The notes under the pieces: model-generated | What the model saw: the letters and a program-made list of their open reading frames with translations, nothing else | Database searches by the model: none | What the model was told of the DNA's origin: nothing | In this document: positions 38,508 through 48,400 of the stretch, piece after piece | Layout: each line of letters starts with the position of its first letter | Position numbering within the stretch: position 1 is the first letter of the stretch | Translations under genes and position numbers: made by a program | Assembly (NCBI GenBank): GCA_017527905.1 | Contig: JAFXPK010000051.1 | Location: forward strand, 16,388 to 80,387 | Length of the DNA stretch: 64,000 bases | Origin: Paludibacteraceae bacterium | GTDB lineage: Bacteria; Bacteroidota; Bacteroidia; Bacteroidales; Paludibacteraceae | Direction: 5' to 3'

Positions 38508-38882
38508 TTATAGCAAATCCGGTATTTCTTTTATCTCGGCATCCTCCCACAGCGTCTCAAGGCTGTAGAACTCCCTTATTTCCGGGAGGAACACGTGGAG
38601 GATAACCTCCCCATAGTCGATGGCGATCCACTGCGCATTGTTGTAGCCGTCGATAGCGAAAGGCTTCACCTTAATCTGTTCGCGCACATAATCCTTCACC
38701 TCATCCGCGATGGAGCACACATGGGTATTGGAATTGCCTTGGCAAATCACAAAGTACCGGAAAACATAGTTCTCCAGGTTAGACATGTCCACCACCGTGA
38801 TTTTGGTTCCTTTCTTTTCCTGAATGCCTTCTACAATCTTATTGACTAATAATTCCGTCTCGTCTAAAATCTTTTTCGCCAT
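38508..38882 (-). CDS. rsfS: Ribosomal silencing factor RsfS (Iojap family)
   Basis: The 124-aa product contains YFVICQGNSNTHVCSIADEV...WIAIDYGEVILHVF, typical of RsfS. It sits in the conserved position upstream of ftsH. Confidence 0.88.
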   Translation of the reverse strand: MAKKILDETELLVNKIVEGIQEKKGTKITVVDMSNLENYVFRYFVICQGNSNTHVCSIADEVKDYVREQIKVKPFAIDGYNNAQWIAIDYGEVILHVFLPEIREFYSLETLWEDAEIKEIPDLL

Positions 38883-38885
38883 TGG

Positions 38886-40226
38886 TTATATGTTCAGTAA
38901 TTTTTCAATTGCTTTGTCTACTTTGTCGAATGAGAACTCGCTCATTGTCTGGTCCATCAACGTCGTGATACGGTCGTTGCAAAGGTTTCCGATGCTACCC
39001 TCGTGCGTGTGGTGGATGTTCTTGTCCGGCGTGAACTTGCCCGCTTCGATGTCCAGTCCCACCTTCTTGTAGGCGTCACGGAAAGGCATGCCTGAACGTG
39101 CCAGCCGGTTCACCTCCTCCACGCTGAAGATGAAGTCATATTTGCTGTCGGAGAGGATATCCTCCTTCACCTTCACTTGGCTGATGATATGGGATGTCAT
39201 CAGGATGCAGTCCTGCAACTCCTCGAATACAGGGATGAAGACCTCCTTGATGATCTGCAGATCCCTGAAATAGCCGCTAGGCAAGTTGTTCATGATCATC
39301 ATGATCTGCTGCGGCAAGGATTGTATCTTGTTGCATTTCGCGCGGGTCAGCTCGAACACGTCAGGGTTCTTCTTGTGCGGCATGATGCTTGAGCCCGTCG
39401 TACACTCGTCAGGCAACTTCAGGAACCCGAAGTTCTGGCTGGTGAACATGCAGGAGTCGAACGCCAGCTTGGAGAGTGTGGCGGCGATGCCGGCCAAGGC
39501 GAAAGCCACGGTCTTCTCGATCTTTCCACGTCCCATCTGTGCATAAACCACATTGTAATCCATGGAATCGAAGCCCAACAGGTCGGTGGTCATCTGACGG
39601 TTCAGCGGGAAGGAGGAGCCATATCCCGCGGCAGAGCCCAAAGGATTACGGTTGGTCATCTTCCAAGCGGCGAGCAACAGTTCCATATCGTCCGCCAAGC
39701 TCTCCGCATATGCGCCGAACCAAAGTCCGAAGGAGGATGGCATGGCGATCTGCAGATGCGTGTAGCCAGGCATCAGCACGTCCTTGTATTTGTTGCTCTG
39801 TTCGATCAGGATGGAGAACAAGGAACGGACAGCGTTCGCCACGTTCTTGATCTGTTCCCTCGTGAACAGTTTCATGTCCAAAAGCACTTGGTCGTTGCGG
39901 GATCGTCCGCTATGGATCTTCTTGCCCATGTCGCCCAATTTACGGGTGAGCATCAACTCCACCTGTGAATGGACGTCCTCAACGCCCTCCTCTATCACGA
40001 ATTGTCCAGCTTCCGCCTGCTCGTATATGCTCTTCAACTCCTTCAACAAGACCGGGAGTTCCTCTTTACCCAATAATCCGATTGACTCCAGCATCGTGAT
40101 GTGCGCCATCGAGCCAATCACATCGTGCTTCGCCAAAAAAATATCCATCTCGCGGTCGCGACCCACCGTGAACTTCTCTATCTCCGCATTGGTCGCCTTA
40201 CCTTTATCCCACAGTTTCTGTGCCAT
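38886..40226 (-). CDS. argH: Argininosuccinate lyase
   Basis: The fumarate-lyase signature is GSSIMPHKKNPDVFE. The N-terminal MAQKLWDKG...RDREMD and the overall length of 446 aa also fit. Confidence 0.92.
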   Translation of the reverse strand: MAQKLWDKGKATNAEIEKFTVGRDREMDIFLAKHDVIGSMAHITMLESIGLLGKEELPVLLKELKSIYEQAEAGQFVIEEGVEDVHSQVELMLTRKLGDMGKKIHSGRSRNDQVLLDMKLFTREQIKNVANAVRSLFSILIEQSNKYKDVLMPGYTHLQIAMPSSFGLWFGAYAESLADDMELLLAAWKMTNRNPLGSAAGYGSSFPLNRQMTTDLLGFDSMDYNVVYAQMGRGKIEKTVAFALAGIAATLSKLAFDSCMFTSQNFGFLKLPDECTTGSSIMPHKKNPDVFELTRAKCNKIQSLPQQIMMIMNNLPSGYFRDLQIIKEVFIPVFEELQDCILMTSHIISQVKVKEDILSDSKYDFIFSVEEVNRLARSGMPFRDAYKKVGLDIEAGKFTPDKNIHHTHEGSIGNLCNDRITTLMDQTMSEFSFDKVDKAIEKLLNI

Positions 40227-40256
40227 TAGTCACTTATTTCCATTAATAATAATTTG

Positions 40257-40264
40257 CAAATCTA
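40257..40264 (-). promoter_or_regulatory. -7 box TAGATTTG (minus strand)
   Basis: caaatcta lies 31 nt upstream of the argH ATG. Confidence 0.5.
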
Positions 40265-40407
40265 CATAAAAAACAGCGGATAATCAAAAAGATTTTTCAC
40301 CTCCCACGAACCCAAGTTCGCCAACAGGTCCCATCCCTAGGAATCACTATTACGCATGCGGCTTCCCACGACGGATGAGAGGGTTCCTCCACTTGCAGGA
40401 AGCCATG

Positions 40408-40459
40408 GAAAAACAAATATCCATAGGATCGCACCGCGAAAGCGCAATCCTATGGATAT
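40408..40459 (-). terminator. Rho-independent terminator after the 40482-42527 gene
   Basis: A 13-bp stem (atatccataggat / atcctatggatat) is followed on the minus strand by ttgttttt. Confidence 0.7.
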
Positions 40460-40481
40460 ACCTAAATCTTCAAAAAACTAC

Positions 40482-42527
40482 TTAAAGGGAGACTTTGAAC
40501 ACTTCGGCCCCCACCTTCACGACGAAAATGCCTGAGCCGAGCGTGTCGATCGTCATCTCATCCGAATCGACCTTGCCTGAATAAACCAGACGGCCCATCA
40601 AATCCATGACAACCACTTCCGTGCCTATCTGAGCATTACCGATAACCACCTGCCTATCGCTCGTCCATACGTGCGTCGACGTGTTGGCGGTCATTGGCGC
40701 ATCCGTGAGAATCTTCTGCTTATAGACTACGGACAAAGTTGAATTCTCCGTCACCTCCGGTGTATTATAATAGCCATCCTGCAACTGGTCGGTCACATCC
40801 GCGCCGTTGTAGGAGACAGACTCGATAACCCAGCCTTCGTCAGGCACAAAACCGGCCTTGAACGTATTGCATTGATCGATCAATATGTCCGTCTTGCCGC
40901 TCGAACCGTCATGAAGGGTCAGGAATACGGAAGGGCAACCACCCGTCGTGACTTCACCCACAGGCAAATCCTTTCTCTCCGCCCCTTGACCTGGCACGAG
41001 GATGAGCTCATAGTCATAGGAGCTACAGAAATCAACAGTGTCCACGTAAGATCCCTTGACAAACACCTCTTTCGGAAGCGTGATCTCCATATACGAGCGG
41101 TCGTTCAAATTTGCTCTGCTAAGCACAAACCGTGTGCCTTCCGTCCATATCCTTCCTGTCTTTCCCCAAGATATCTCCACAGTGGATTGATCAGAAGACA
41201 CTTTCGCCTTTGGCGCGTCAGGATATACATGGTCACCATAAGCCATGGTTACAGAGAGTTGCTTTTTAAAGGCACTAAAGCATTCCAAATCCTTCGTGGT
41301 ACCACGTTCCACCGAGAAGAGATATTCAACCTTTCCCACATAGGTAGGAATCTTGTACGAATAATCCGTCATGCTTGCCGCATATGGGACCTCTATCTTC
41401 TCTTCCGTCGTATCCTTCTCCGTCATTCTAGTCATTGTCACAATGAAAGGACTCTTATCAAAATGAGCTGCAGGAGCGGACGGTATCTTCCATGTCAAGA
41501 ATGTCCCATCATCTTTCTGCTCCACGTTCACGGATGACACTTGGGTATAGGCGTTCACCTCCACCGTATTGGATTCAAACGCATACAAGATATTGCTTTG
41601 GATACCATTGGCTTCTATTTGCAGTTCCAACTCATGCCTCAACTTATACGTGTAGTAATTATTCGTGTTGTGATAGTTTTCTCTGCCTGCCGCAACTCCC
41701 ACATAGAAAGGGGAAGGCTCCGTCCTCGCATAGCGAGCGGTAGAACCAGCATTGCTCGTTTGCTCTGTGGATCCGCCTTCACACAAAAAAACCGCTCCCT
41801 CGGTGGCGATCCACGTAGAAGTGTTATTACGTTTCCAATCGAAATAGATCGCCGGTGCGGTCTTCCCGTTCGTGGCAGGCGCACAATCATAATAAACCTT
41901 GGTTATCTGCAGACCCGGGTCGGCCGGATAGGTCAGCGTGACCCTGCGGAAGTTAGGCTCATCATAATCCTCGTCTACACCTTCTCCCAATCCTCCTTTT
42001 TTCCACCAATGTCCTTGCAAACTGATGGTGATGGTTTTCCCTAAATCCGCCTGAGAGACAGGCACGTCAAACACATAAAAACGAGTCGACTCGTCACTAC
42101 CCCCTTGTGCGGAAGGCGCCTTTTCGGGAACTACATCAAACTGCAACTTCCTTTTGTCTATCGTACTTCCATTGTCTTTCCCTTCTTCATCGGTTAAAAT
42201 CTTGATGACATGAGTGGTTGAACTTTTTTGCGTCAACGTGAGCGGATCACCATCCACGCCCCAACAGCAACGCGCATTACCTTCTCCTCCCCACGTCTGA
42301 TAAGCACGGATCTTATAGTGGATCACACCATTTTCCGGATCCCATGTGACCTCGTCGAGGTCGCTATACGACGACCATGAGCACCCGCTGATGGCGGAAG
42401 CGCTTTGGGACATGAAGACATGGCAAAGAGCGAACAACAAAAAATATTTAAGTTTTGAAGAGAGATGATCGCTCCAAACGGAGGATTTCACATTCAGACT
42501 CTCTCTTGAAAAAGACACTAATTTCAT
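40482..42527 (-). CDS. Unknown-function T9SS cargo protein, Fn3-like beta-sandwich stack (paralog 2)
   Basis: The track start is a TTG at 42536. The first ATG at 42527 gives MKLVSFSRESLNVKSSVWSDHLSSKLKYFLLFALCHVFMSQSASA. It is a paralog of 42577-44604, sharing YKIRAYQTWGG, VPVSQADLGK, DPGLQITKVYY and IYFDWKR. The CTD-like end is VVVMDLMGRLVYSGKVDSDEMTIDTLGSGIFVVKVGAEVFKVSL. Confidence 0.7.
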   Translation of the reverse strand: MKLVSFSRESLNVKSSVWSDHLSSKLKYFLLFALCHVFMSQSASAISGCSWSSYSDLDEVTWDPENGVIHYKIRAYQTWGGEGNARCCWGVDGDPLTLTQKSSTTHVIKILTDEEGKDNGSTIDKRKLQFDVVPEKAPSAQGGSDESTRFYVFDVPVSQADLGKTITISLQGHWWKKGGLGEGVDEDYDEPNFRRVTLTYPADPGLQITKVYYDCAPATNGKTAPAIYFDWKRNNTSTWIATEGAVFLCEGGSTEQTSNAGSTARYARTEPSPFYVGVAAGRENYHNTNNYYTYKLRHELELQIEANGIQSNILYAFESNTVEVNAYTQVSSVNVEQKDDGTFLTWKIPSAPAAHFDKSPFIVTMTRMTEKDTTEEKIEVPYAASMTDYSYKIPTYVGKVEYLFSVERGTTKDLECFSAFKKQLSVTMAYGDHVYPDAPKAKVSSDQSTVEISWGKTGRIWTEGTRFVLSRANLNDRSYMEITLPKEVFVKGSYVDTVDFCSSYDYELILVPGQGAERKDLPVGEVTTGGCPSVFLTLHDGSSGKTDILIDQCNTFKAGFVPDEGWVIESVSYNGADVTDQLQDGYYNTPEVTENSTLSVVYKQKILTDAPMTANTSTHVWTSDRQVVIGNAQIGTEVVVMDLMGRLVYSGKVDSDEMTIDTLGSGIFVVKVGAEVFKVSL

Positions 42528-42576
42528 ATTTGGCAATTATATTAGTTATCAATCTATTTTCCTATCTCTAAGCAGT

Positions 42577-44604
42577 TTAAAGGGAGACCTTGAACACTTC
42601 GCCTGCCACATTCACCAAGAAGATTCCGGACCCGATCGAATCGATCGTCATCTCGTCGGAAACGACCTTGCCCGAGTAAACCGCACTACCCATCATATCG
42701 GTGATGGTCACATCCGAGCCAAGCGGCGCATCCTTAATGATTAAGTTCCCTTCATTTGTCCAAACACGCACCCAAGTATTGGATAAGCGTGGCGCAGGGG
42801 AAGTCACTTTTATCCTATAAACGACCGACAGCGTCGAGTTCTTCACCAGACCCGGCACCTCGAAGAAACCCTCCTGCGACTGGTTCGTCACATCCTCGCC
42901 ATTGAAGGAGACGGAGCCGATCAACCAGCTCTCGTCCGGCACGAACCTGAACTTAAACGACTTGGTTGGGTCCAGCTGCAGATTCGTCTTGCCATTGGCG
43001 CCGTCAAGGATGGTCAACACCAAAGGATCTTCGCCTTCGCAACCCAACGTTGTCACCTCCTCGCTGATCGCCAGCACATGTTCCTCTTCGTCGCCGACCT
43101 GCTTATAGATCAACTCATACGAATATGAACCGCAAGGTGCGGCATGATCGATATATGACAAAGCCTCGAAATCAGCCTTCGTCAAAGTATCCTTAGTGAC
43201 TTCCGAGGTGGCCAAGTTAGTTCGGCTAACGACGAAGAGAGAATTCTTCATCCAGACATCGCCTCCCTTTTCCCATGAGATCTTCACCCCTGCTGGATAG
43301 GCGGCGAGTGACGCATGAGGGTTCTTCGGATAGGCCGGGAAACCGGCGTTTATGGTCACGGCAACAGACTTCCTGAACTTGTCGTAACAGCTCAGATCCT
43401 TCGTCGATGAACGCACGACAGAGAACTCGTATTTAGCGCTCGTCTTCGTGATAGTCAGAGGATAAGAATAATCCGTCACACCCGGCTCATAAGCTATTTC
43501 AGCGGTTTTACTCTCCACCACGCTATCCTCCACAATCTTATTGATCGTCAGGAGGAAGGATCCGTCATCATAATTTTCGCTCGGTGCGACAGCGATACTC
43601 CAGTCGCAGGATATGGTAGAGTCATTTGCGAGCCTACAAGAGATATCAGACACCTGAGGATAGGCGTTCACCACCACCTTGTTGGACTCATAGACATATG
43701 TCAGATGGCTTTCGATGCCATTATTATTCACCATCAAATCGGTTTCCTGTATGATTTTGTACGTATAGGATTTTTTCAAATCATGATAGGGGGAAGTATA
43801 GGCCACCACGGAAAACGGAGAAGTGCCGCTCACCGATTGATGCGTATGGCCTTGAATAGAGGTGCTATGGGAAGAATCCGCCTCGCACAGGCTAACAACA
43901 CCATAGGCATGAATACCCGTTGTTTCCTTTCGCTTCCAATCAAAATAGATCATCGGGTTATTCGCTTCCGAGCTACAACCATAATAGACCTTAGTGATTT
44001 CCAACCCAGGATCCTTCGCTTGATTCAGCGTAAGCTTGCGGTAAGAAGGTTCGTTGATAGTTTCATCCACAGCGGTGGCACCGTACCTCCACCACAATCC
44101 TTTTAAATCAATGGAGATCTCCTTCCCTATATCCTCCTGAGAGACAGGGACATTAAACTCCAGGAAACGGAGCGTATGACTCTTTCCGTCAACCGTCATC
44201 TTTTCGTCCGTCACCGTAAACATCAGTTTTCTTCCATCGATAAAAGTCTGATTCTCAGACGATCCATCTTCATTCAACTGAATGGAAATCTGATGTTTCG
44301 CCGCCGTGTTTTGGGTCAATATGAGAGGAGACAGGGAGTCGGTCCATCCACAAGGGGTATTATCCGAGCCTCCCCAAGTCTGGAACACACGTATCTTGTA
44401 GTGGATTCTACCCGAATCCGGCTCCCACCTGATTTCATCCAAATCACGGTTGTCTTCCCAACTGGAAATAGCCGAAGCATTTTGCCACGACACAAAAAGG
44501 AATAGGCTTAACGTTATCGCCCATTTAAGTTTCGAAACAGGATGCTTACATCCTCCAGAGAGATTTTCTCTTAACTTTTCACCTAAAAAAGACATAAAAC
44601 TCAT
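42577..44604 (-). CDS. Unknown-function T9SS cargo protein, Fn3-like beta-sandwich stack (paralog 1)
   Basis: The 675-aa product begins MSFMSFLGEKLRENLSGGCKHPVSKLKWAITLSLFLFVSWQNASA. The CTD-like end is VTITDMMGSAVYSGKVVSDEMTIDSIGSGIFLVNVAGEVFKVSL. Confidence 0.7.
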   Translation of the reverse strand: MSFMSFLGEKLRENLSGGCKHPVSKLKWAITLSLFLFVSWQNASAISSWEDNRDLDEIRWEPDSGRIHYKIRVFQTWGGSDNTPCGWTDSLSPLILTQNTAAKHQISIQLNEDGSSENQTFIDGRKLMFTVTDEKMTVDGKSHTLRFLEFNVPVSQEDIGKEISIDLKGLWWRYGATAVDETINEPSYRKLTLNQAKDPGLEITKVYYGCSSEANNPMIYFDWKRKETTGIHAYGVVSLCEADSSHSTSIQGHTHQSVSGTSPFSVVAYTSPYHDLKKSYTYKIIQETDLMVNNNGIESHLTYVYESNKVVVNAYPQVSDISCRLANDSTISCDWSIAVAPSENYDDGSFLLTINKIVEDSVVESKTAEIAYEPGVTDYSYPLTITKTSAKYEFSVVRSSTKDLSCYDKFRKSVAVTINAGFPAYPKNPHASLAAYPAGVKISWEKGGDVWMKNSLFVVSRTNLATSEVTKDTLTKADFEALSYIDHAAPCGSYSYELIYKQVGDEEEHVLAISEEVTTLGCEGEDPLVLTILDGANGKTNLQLDPTKSFKFRFVPDESWLIGSVSFNGEDVTNQSQEGFFEVPGLVKNSTLSVVYRIKVTSPAPRLSNTWVRVWTNEGNLIIKDAPLGSDVTITDMMGSAVYSGKVVSDEMTIDSIGSGIFLVNVAGEVFKVSL

Positions 44605-44949
44605 TGTATTATTTGTTTAGTTACTAAATTCCATCACGCTTACGACACGAGGGACATCTGTCCTATTGTCAATGATCCAGGCGTCCATTTTCCATTTGTC
44701 ACCGTCCCTAACGGAAGAGCGCTTTTTGCGGCGCCCTCACATCCATCCCTTGCCATCATCCGATTACTCGGAACGTAAAGATAAGGAAAGAAAAGCAATA
44801 TATCAATCGTTCGTATGAAAAAATTACACAGGAGTGTTTTATGGAAGAGGTGGGGGTGATCAGGGGCGACAATTGGCAACAATAGACATTAAACACCTGT
44901 GCAATTCAATTAAAAACACACAAATATGTACGGAATAAAAAAACTATTA

Positions 44950-44957
44950 TATATTTG
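44950..44957 (+). promoter_or_regulatory. -7 box TATATTTG
   Basis: It lies 133 nt upstream of the ATG at 45090, which implies a long leader. Confidence 0.4.
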
Positions 44958-45089
44958 CACCAATCTGTGGGGAGAAATCCATGGATTGGAAAGGCATTTT
45001 GCTGAAATCCTGACTAGGCAGAAGCCCAATAGTATAAGACTGGGAATATCACCGGATAGCGTCAATAACATTTATTTTCTACAAATACC

Positions 45090-45596
45090 ATGATCACAAT
45101 CAAGCACAACATCGACAGCAAGCGTTTCCTCACGCTGTGGGCAAAGTATGTACGCACACCCAACATTCTGCAGCATTGTCAGAACTGTATTCACGGACCA
45201 TACAGCAAGAAATTCGGCTTGAAAAACCCGAACTTCAACAATGAGACCACAATGACTTTTGACGAGACGGACAATTACCAAGCCATCTACTTCTGCGGCA
45301 TCTCGAAAAAGGAAGCTTCGAAGGAAATGGTTCACCCTCATAATCCAAACATAGTAATGAAGAGGAATTACCTCCATAATCTTCACTTCGCGATCATTCC
45401 ACACGAAGGAGCGAAAGATGTATGGGACTTTGAGGAGTGGCACGTGGAGATTGAAGGAGGATACCTCACCCGCATTCCTGAAGAAGAAGAGATACCAGAG
45501 AAATACAAACAAGGCATCTATGACGATCACTATTACACCTGCCGCATCTTCCGTTGGATGTTAGGGTTCTTCTATCTGCATGAAATCGTGAAATAA
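45090..45596 (+). CDS. Hypothetical cytoplasmic protein (orphan)
   Basis: The 168-aa ORF is bracketed by a -7 box and a perfect palindromic terminator. I recognise no motif. The opposite-strand ORF 45072-45530 has no such signals. Confidence 0.45.
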   Translation: MITIKHNIDSKRFLTLWAKYVRTPNILQHCQNCIHGPYSKKFGLKNPNFNNETTMTFDETDNYQAIYFCGISKKEASKEMVHPHNPNIVMKRNYLHNLHFAIIPHEGAKDVWDFEEWHVEIEGGYLTRIPEEEEIPEKYKQGIYDDHYYTCRIFRWMLGFFYLHEIVK

Positions 45597-45628
45597 TATT
45601 TGTCGAGACGATATATTGGAACCACATC

Positions 45629-45667
45629 ATGTAGGGGCGAAAAATTTTTCGCCCCTACATTTTTTTT
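45629..45667 (+). terminator. Rho-independent terminator
   Basis: A perfect 32-nt palindrome (atgtaggggcgaaaaatttttcgcccctacat) is followed by a T-run. Confidence 0.75.
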
Positions 45668-45688
45668 GCACAAATTCATCGCAAGCCA

Positions 45689-45724
45689 CAAAAAAGAGGA
45701 ATCATCCGAAGACGATTCCTCTTT
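45689..45724 (-). terminator. Rho-independent terminator after pnp
   Basis: The stem is aaagaggaatc / gattcctcttt, followed on the minus strand by a T-run. Confidence 0.7.
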
Positions 45725-45758
45725 CGATATGGTTGAGGAAGGCAAGCCTCCCCGTTTT

Positions 45759-47903
45759 TTAGTTCTCTTTCTTCTCCTCACGTTGTGGACGAGGGAGCAA
45801 TGCTTTGTGGGAGAGTTTGAACTTACCCGTCTTAGCATCGATGTCGAGCAATTTGACGGTGATCATATCACCCTCCTTCATGCCCGTATCTTCCATCTTC
45901 TCGATACGTCTCCACTCGATCTCAGAGATGTGGAGCAAGCCCTCTTTACCAGGCATGAACTCTACGAACGCGCCGTAAGGCATGATAGACTTCACCTTTG
46001 CCTCGTAGGTCTCTCCGACCTCCGGAACAGCAACGATAGCCTTGATGCGTGACACAGCGTTGTCCAAAGACTCCTTGTTGGTAGCGGCCACTTCCACGTG
46101 TCCCTTGCCGTCCGTCTCCTCGATGGAAACCGTAGCGCCAGACTTCTCTTGGATGTCTTGGATGATCTTTCCACCAGGGCCGATCACAGCACCGATCATA
46201 TCCTTCGGGATATCGAAGGTGACGATGCGTGGAGCGTGTGGCTTGAGGTCAGCGCGAGGTTCAGCGATCGTCTCCTCGATCTTACCCAAGATATGCAATC
46301 TACCAGCCTTAGCTTGGTTCAGAGCCTTCTCCAAGATCTCGTAAGAGAGACCGTCCACCTTGATATCCATCTGGGTAGCCGTGATACCATCCTTCGTACC
46401 CGTCACCTTGAAGTCCATATCACCGAGGTGATCCTCATCGCCCAAGATATCGGAGAGCACAGAATACTTCACGTTACCCTTGTCGGTGATCAGACCCATC
46501 GCGATACCGGAAACAGGCTTCTTGATCTTCACACCCGCATCCATCAACGCCAGCGTACCAGCGCAGACAGTAGCCATGGAAGAAGAACCGTTAGACTCCA
46601 TGATATCGGAAACGATACGTACGCAATATGGATAATCAGCAGGGATCATACGCTTCAAGGCACGCCAAGCGAGGTGACCGTGACCGATCTCACGACGGCC
46701 CACACCACGTTGCGCCTTCGCCTCACCCGTTGAGAATGGAGGGAAGTTATAGTGCAACAAGAAACGTTCCTTGCCATGCACGAGCACCTCGTCGATCAGC
46801 TTCTCGTCCTGCTTCGTACCCAAGGTACAAGTCGTCAAGGACTGCGTCTCACCACGGGTGAAGATAGCCGATCCGTGAGGGCCAGGGAGGTAACCCACTT
46901 CGCACCAGATAGGGCGGATGTCCGTCGTGGTACGACCATCGAGACGCTTGCCCTCGTCCAAGATAGAACGACGCATAGCCTCCTTCTCGACAGCGTGGTA
47001 GTAGCGGTCGATCATGCCGGCCTTAGCCTCCAGATCCTCCTCGCTGAGGTTCAAAGACTCGATATATTCAGTCTTCACCGCGCTGAATTTCTCCTCGCGG
47101 TCATGCTTATCCGTGTTAGCGGAAGTGGCGAGCGCATAGGCCTTGTCATAGCACTTAGCCCAAACGTCCTTCTCCAACTCCTCGTCATTCTCCTCGTGGC
47201 AGTACTCACGTTTGGTCTCTTTGCCGACCTCCTTCGTCAGTTCTTTTTGTACGAGGCACATAGGTTTGATAGCTTCGTGAGCCGCCTTGAGGGCGTTGAG
47301 GAGGTCTTGTTCAGACACCTCGTCCATCTCACCTTCCACCATCATGATATTCTCGTAAGTAGCGCCGACCATCAAATCCATATCGGCTTTCTCCAATTGC
47401 TCGAAAGTAGGGTCGATCACGAACTGGCCGTCGATACGAGCCACACGCACCTCCGAGATAGGTCCGTTGAACGGGATGTCGGAAACAGCCAACGCAGCCG
47501 AAGCCGCGAGACCCGCCAACGCATCCGGTTGGTCCACACCATCCGCGGAAATCATATTCACCGTCACGAAAGTTTCCGCATGGTAGTTGTCCGGGAACAA
47601 AGGTCTGAGGGCACGGTCGATCAGACGTGCCGTCAAAATCTCATAATCGGAGGCTTTTCCCTCCCTCTTCGTAAAACCGCCTGGGAATCGTCCGTACGCG
47701 CCGAACTTCTCTTTGTACTCCACCGTCAACGGCATGAAATCCGTTCCCGGTACTGCTTCTTTCGCGGAACACACTGTCGCCAACACCATAGTGTTGCCCA
47801 TTTTCACTACGACAGCGCCGTCCGCTTGCTTCGCCAACTTACCCGTCTCGATACTGATCGTACGGCCGTCAGGCAAAGCGATCGTCTTAGTAATTACATT
47901 CAT
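45759..47903 (-). CDS. pnp: Polyribonucleotide nucleotidyltransferase (PNPase)
   Basis: The 714-aa product has two RNase PH-like domains, a KH domain ([16 protein letters not shown]) and an S1 domain ([20 protein letters not shown]). Confidence 0.95.
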   Translation of the reverse strand: MNVITKTIALPDGRTISIETGKLAKQADGAVVVKMGNTMVLATVCSAKEAVPGTDFMPLTVEYKEKFGAYGRFPGGFTKREGKASDYEILTARLIDRALRPLFPDNYHAETFVTVNMISADGVDQPDALAGLAASAALAVSDIPFNGPISEVRVARIDGQFVIDPTFEQLEKADMDLMVGATYENIMMVEGEMDEVSEQDLLNALKAAHEAIKPMCLVQKELTKEVGKETKREYCHEENDEELEKDVWAKCYDKAYALATSANTDKHDREEKFSAVKTEYIESLNLSEEDLEAKAGMIDRYYHAVEKEAMRRSILDEGKRLDGRTTTDIRPIWCEVGYLPGPHGSAIFTRGETQSLTTCTLGTKQDEKLIDEVLVHGKERFLLHYNFPPFSTGEAKAQRGVGRREIGHGHLAWRALKRMIPADYPYCVRIVSDIMESNGSSSMATVCAGTLALMDAGVKIKKPVSGIAMGLITDKGNVKYSVLSDILGDEDHLGDMDFKVTGTKDGITATQMDIKVDGLSYEILEKALNQAKAGRLHILGKIEETIAEPRADLKPHAPRIVTFDIPKDMIGAVIGPGGKIIQDIQEKSGATVSIEETDGKGHVEVAATNKESLDNAVSRIKAIVAVPEVGETYEAKVKSIMPYGAFVEFMPGKEGLLHISEIEWRRIEKMEDTGMKEGDMITVKLLDIDAKTGKFKLSHKALLPRPQREEKKEN

Positions 47904-47942
47904 CTTTTTTCTTTTTCGTCTAAAAACATCTTAAATATCCCA

Positions 47943-47950
47943 CAAATATA
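47943..47950 (-). promoter_or_regulatory. -7 box TATATTTG (minus strand)
   Basis: caaatata lies 40 nt upstream of the pnp ATG. Confidence 0.55.
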
Positions 47951-48135
47951 ACCAATATTCACTTTAAACCATCATTTTTGCATATTATTTTTCCATCATT
48001 TGATATTCAACCCATTATATGTTTTCAAATCATCACTTATTTTCACGAACTATATGCGTTGGCAGTAGGATAAAAAAGTTAGGAACAAACAGCAACGAGA
48101 ACTGAAAATCCGTTGTGAATCAAAGAAAAAAAAAG

Positions 48136-48143
48136 TACATTTG
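48136..48143 (+). promoter_or_regulatory. -7 box TACATTTG
   Basis: It lies 45 nt upstream of the hicB ATG. Confidence 0.5.
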
Positions 48144-48187
48144 CACTAAACAAACGGTAGAAACATTAACAAAAAAAACTAACAATC

Positions 48188-48400
48188 ATGAAGTACTCTG
48201 TTGTCATAGAGAAAGACGATAATGGGTGGTATGTGGGGCAATGCTGCGAAGTCCCATCCGCCATGAGTCAAGGCAAAACATTGAAGGAATTGATGGCGAA
48301 CATGAAGGAAGCCATCGAACTCGCCATTTTATGTCAGAAAGAAGAAACAAGGGAAAAATATAGGGGGAGAAAAGTATTACATCGTAATGTTTCGGTATGA
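48188..48400 (+). CDS. hicB: HicB-family antitoxin (short, UPF0150-type)
   Basis: MKYSVVIEKDDNGWYVGQCCEVPSAMSQGKTLKELMANMKEAIEL is a typical HicB N-domain. The gene has a 4-nt ATGA overlap with hicA. Confidence 0.78.
   Translation: MKYSVVIEKDDNGWYVGQCCEVPSAMSQGKTLKELMANMKEAIELAILCQKEETREKYRGRKVLHRNVSV

Noticed and set aside
44640-44882. 80-aa minus-strand ORF in the long intergenic region upstream of 44604
   Set aside because: There is no start context, signal or motif. The region is more probably the 5' regulatory or leader region of the cargo operon.
44958-45089. Possible SRP RNA or riboswitch in the 133-nt leader
   Set aside because: I could not find the conserved SRP domain IV motif or any riboswitch core sequence that I recognise. 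It is kept only as a long leader within the orphan-ORF finding.
46752-47951. 399-aa plus-strand ORF, plus the ORFs at 46098-46733 and 45600-46052
   Set aside because: They are antisense to pnp.
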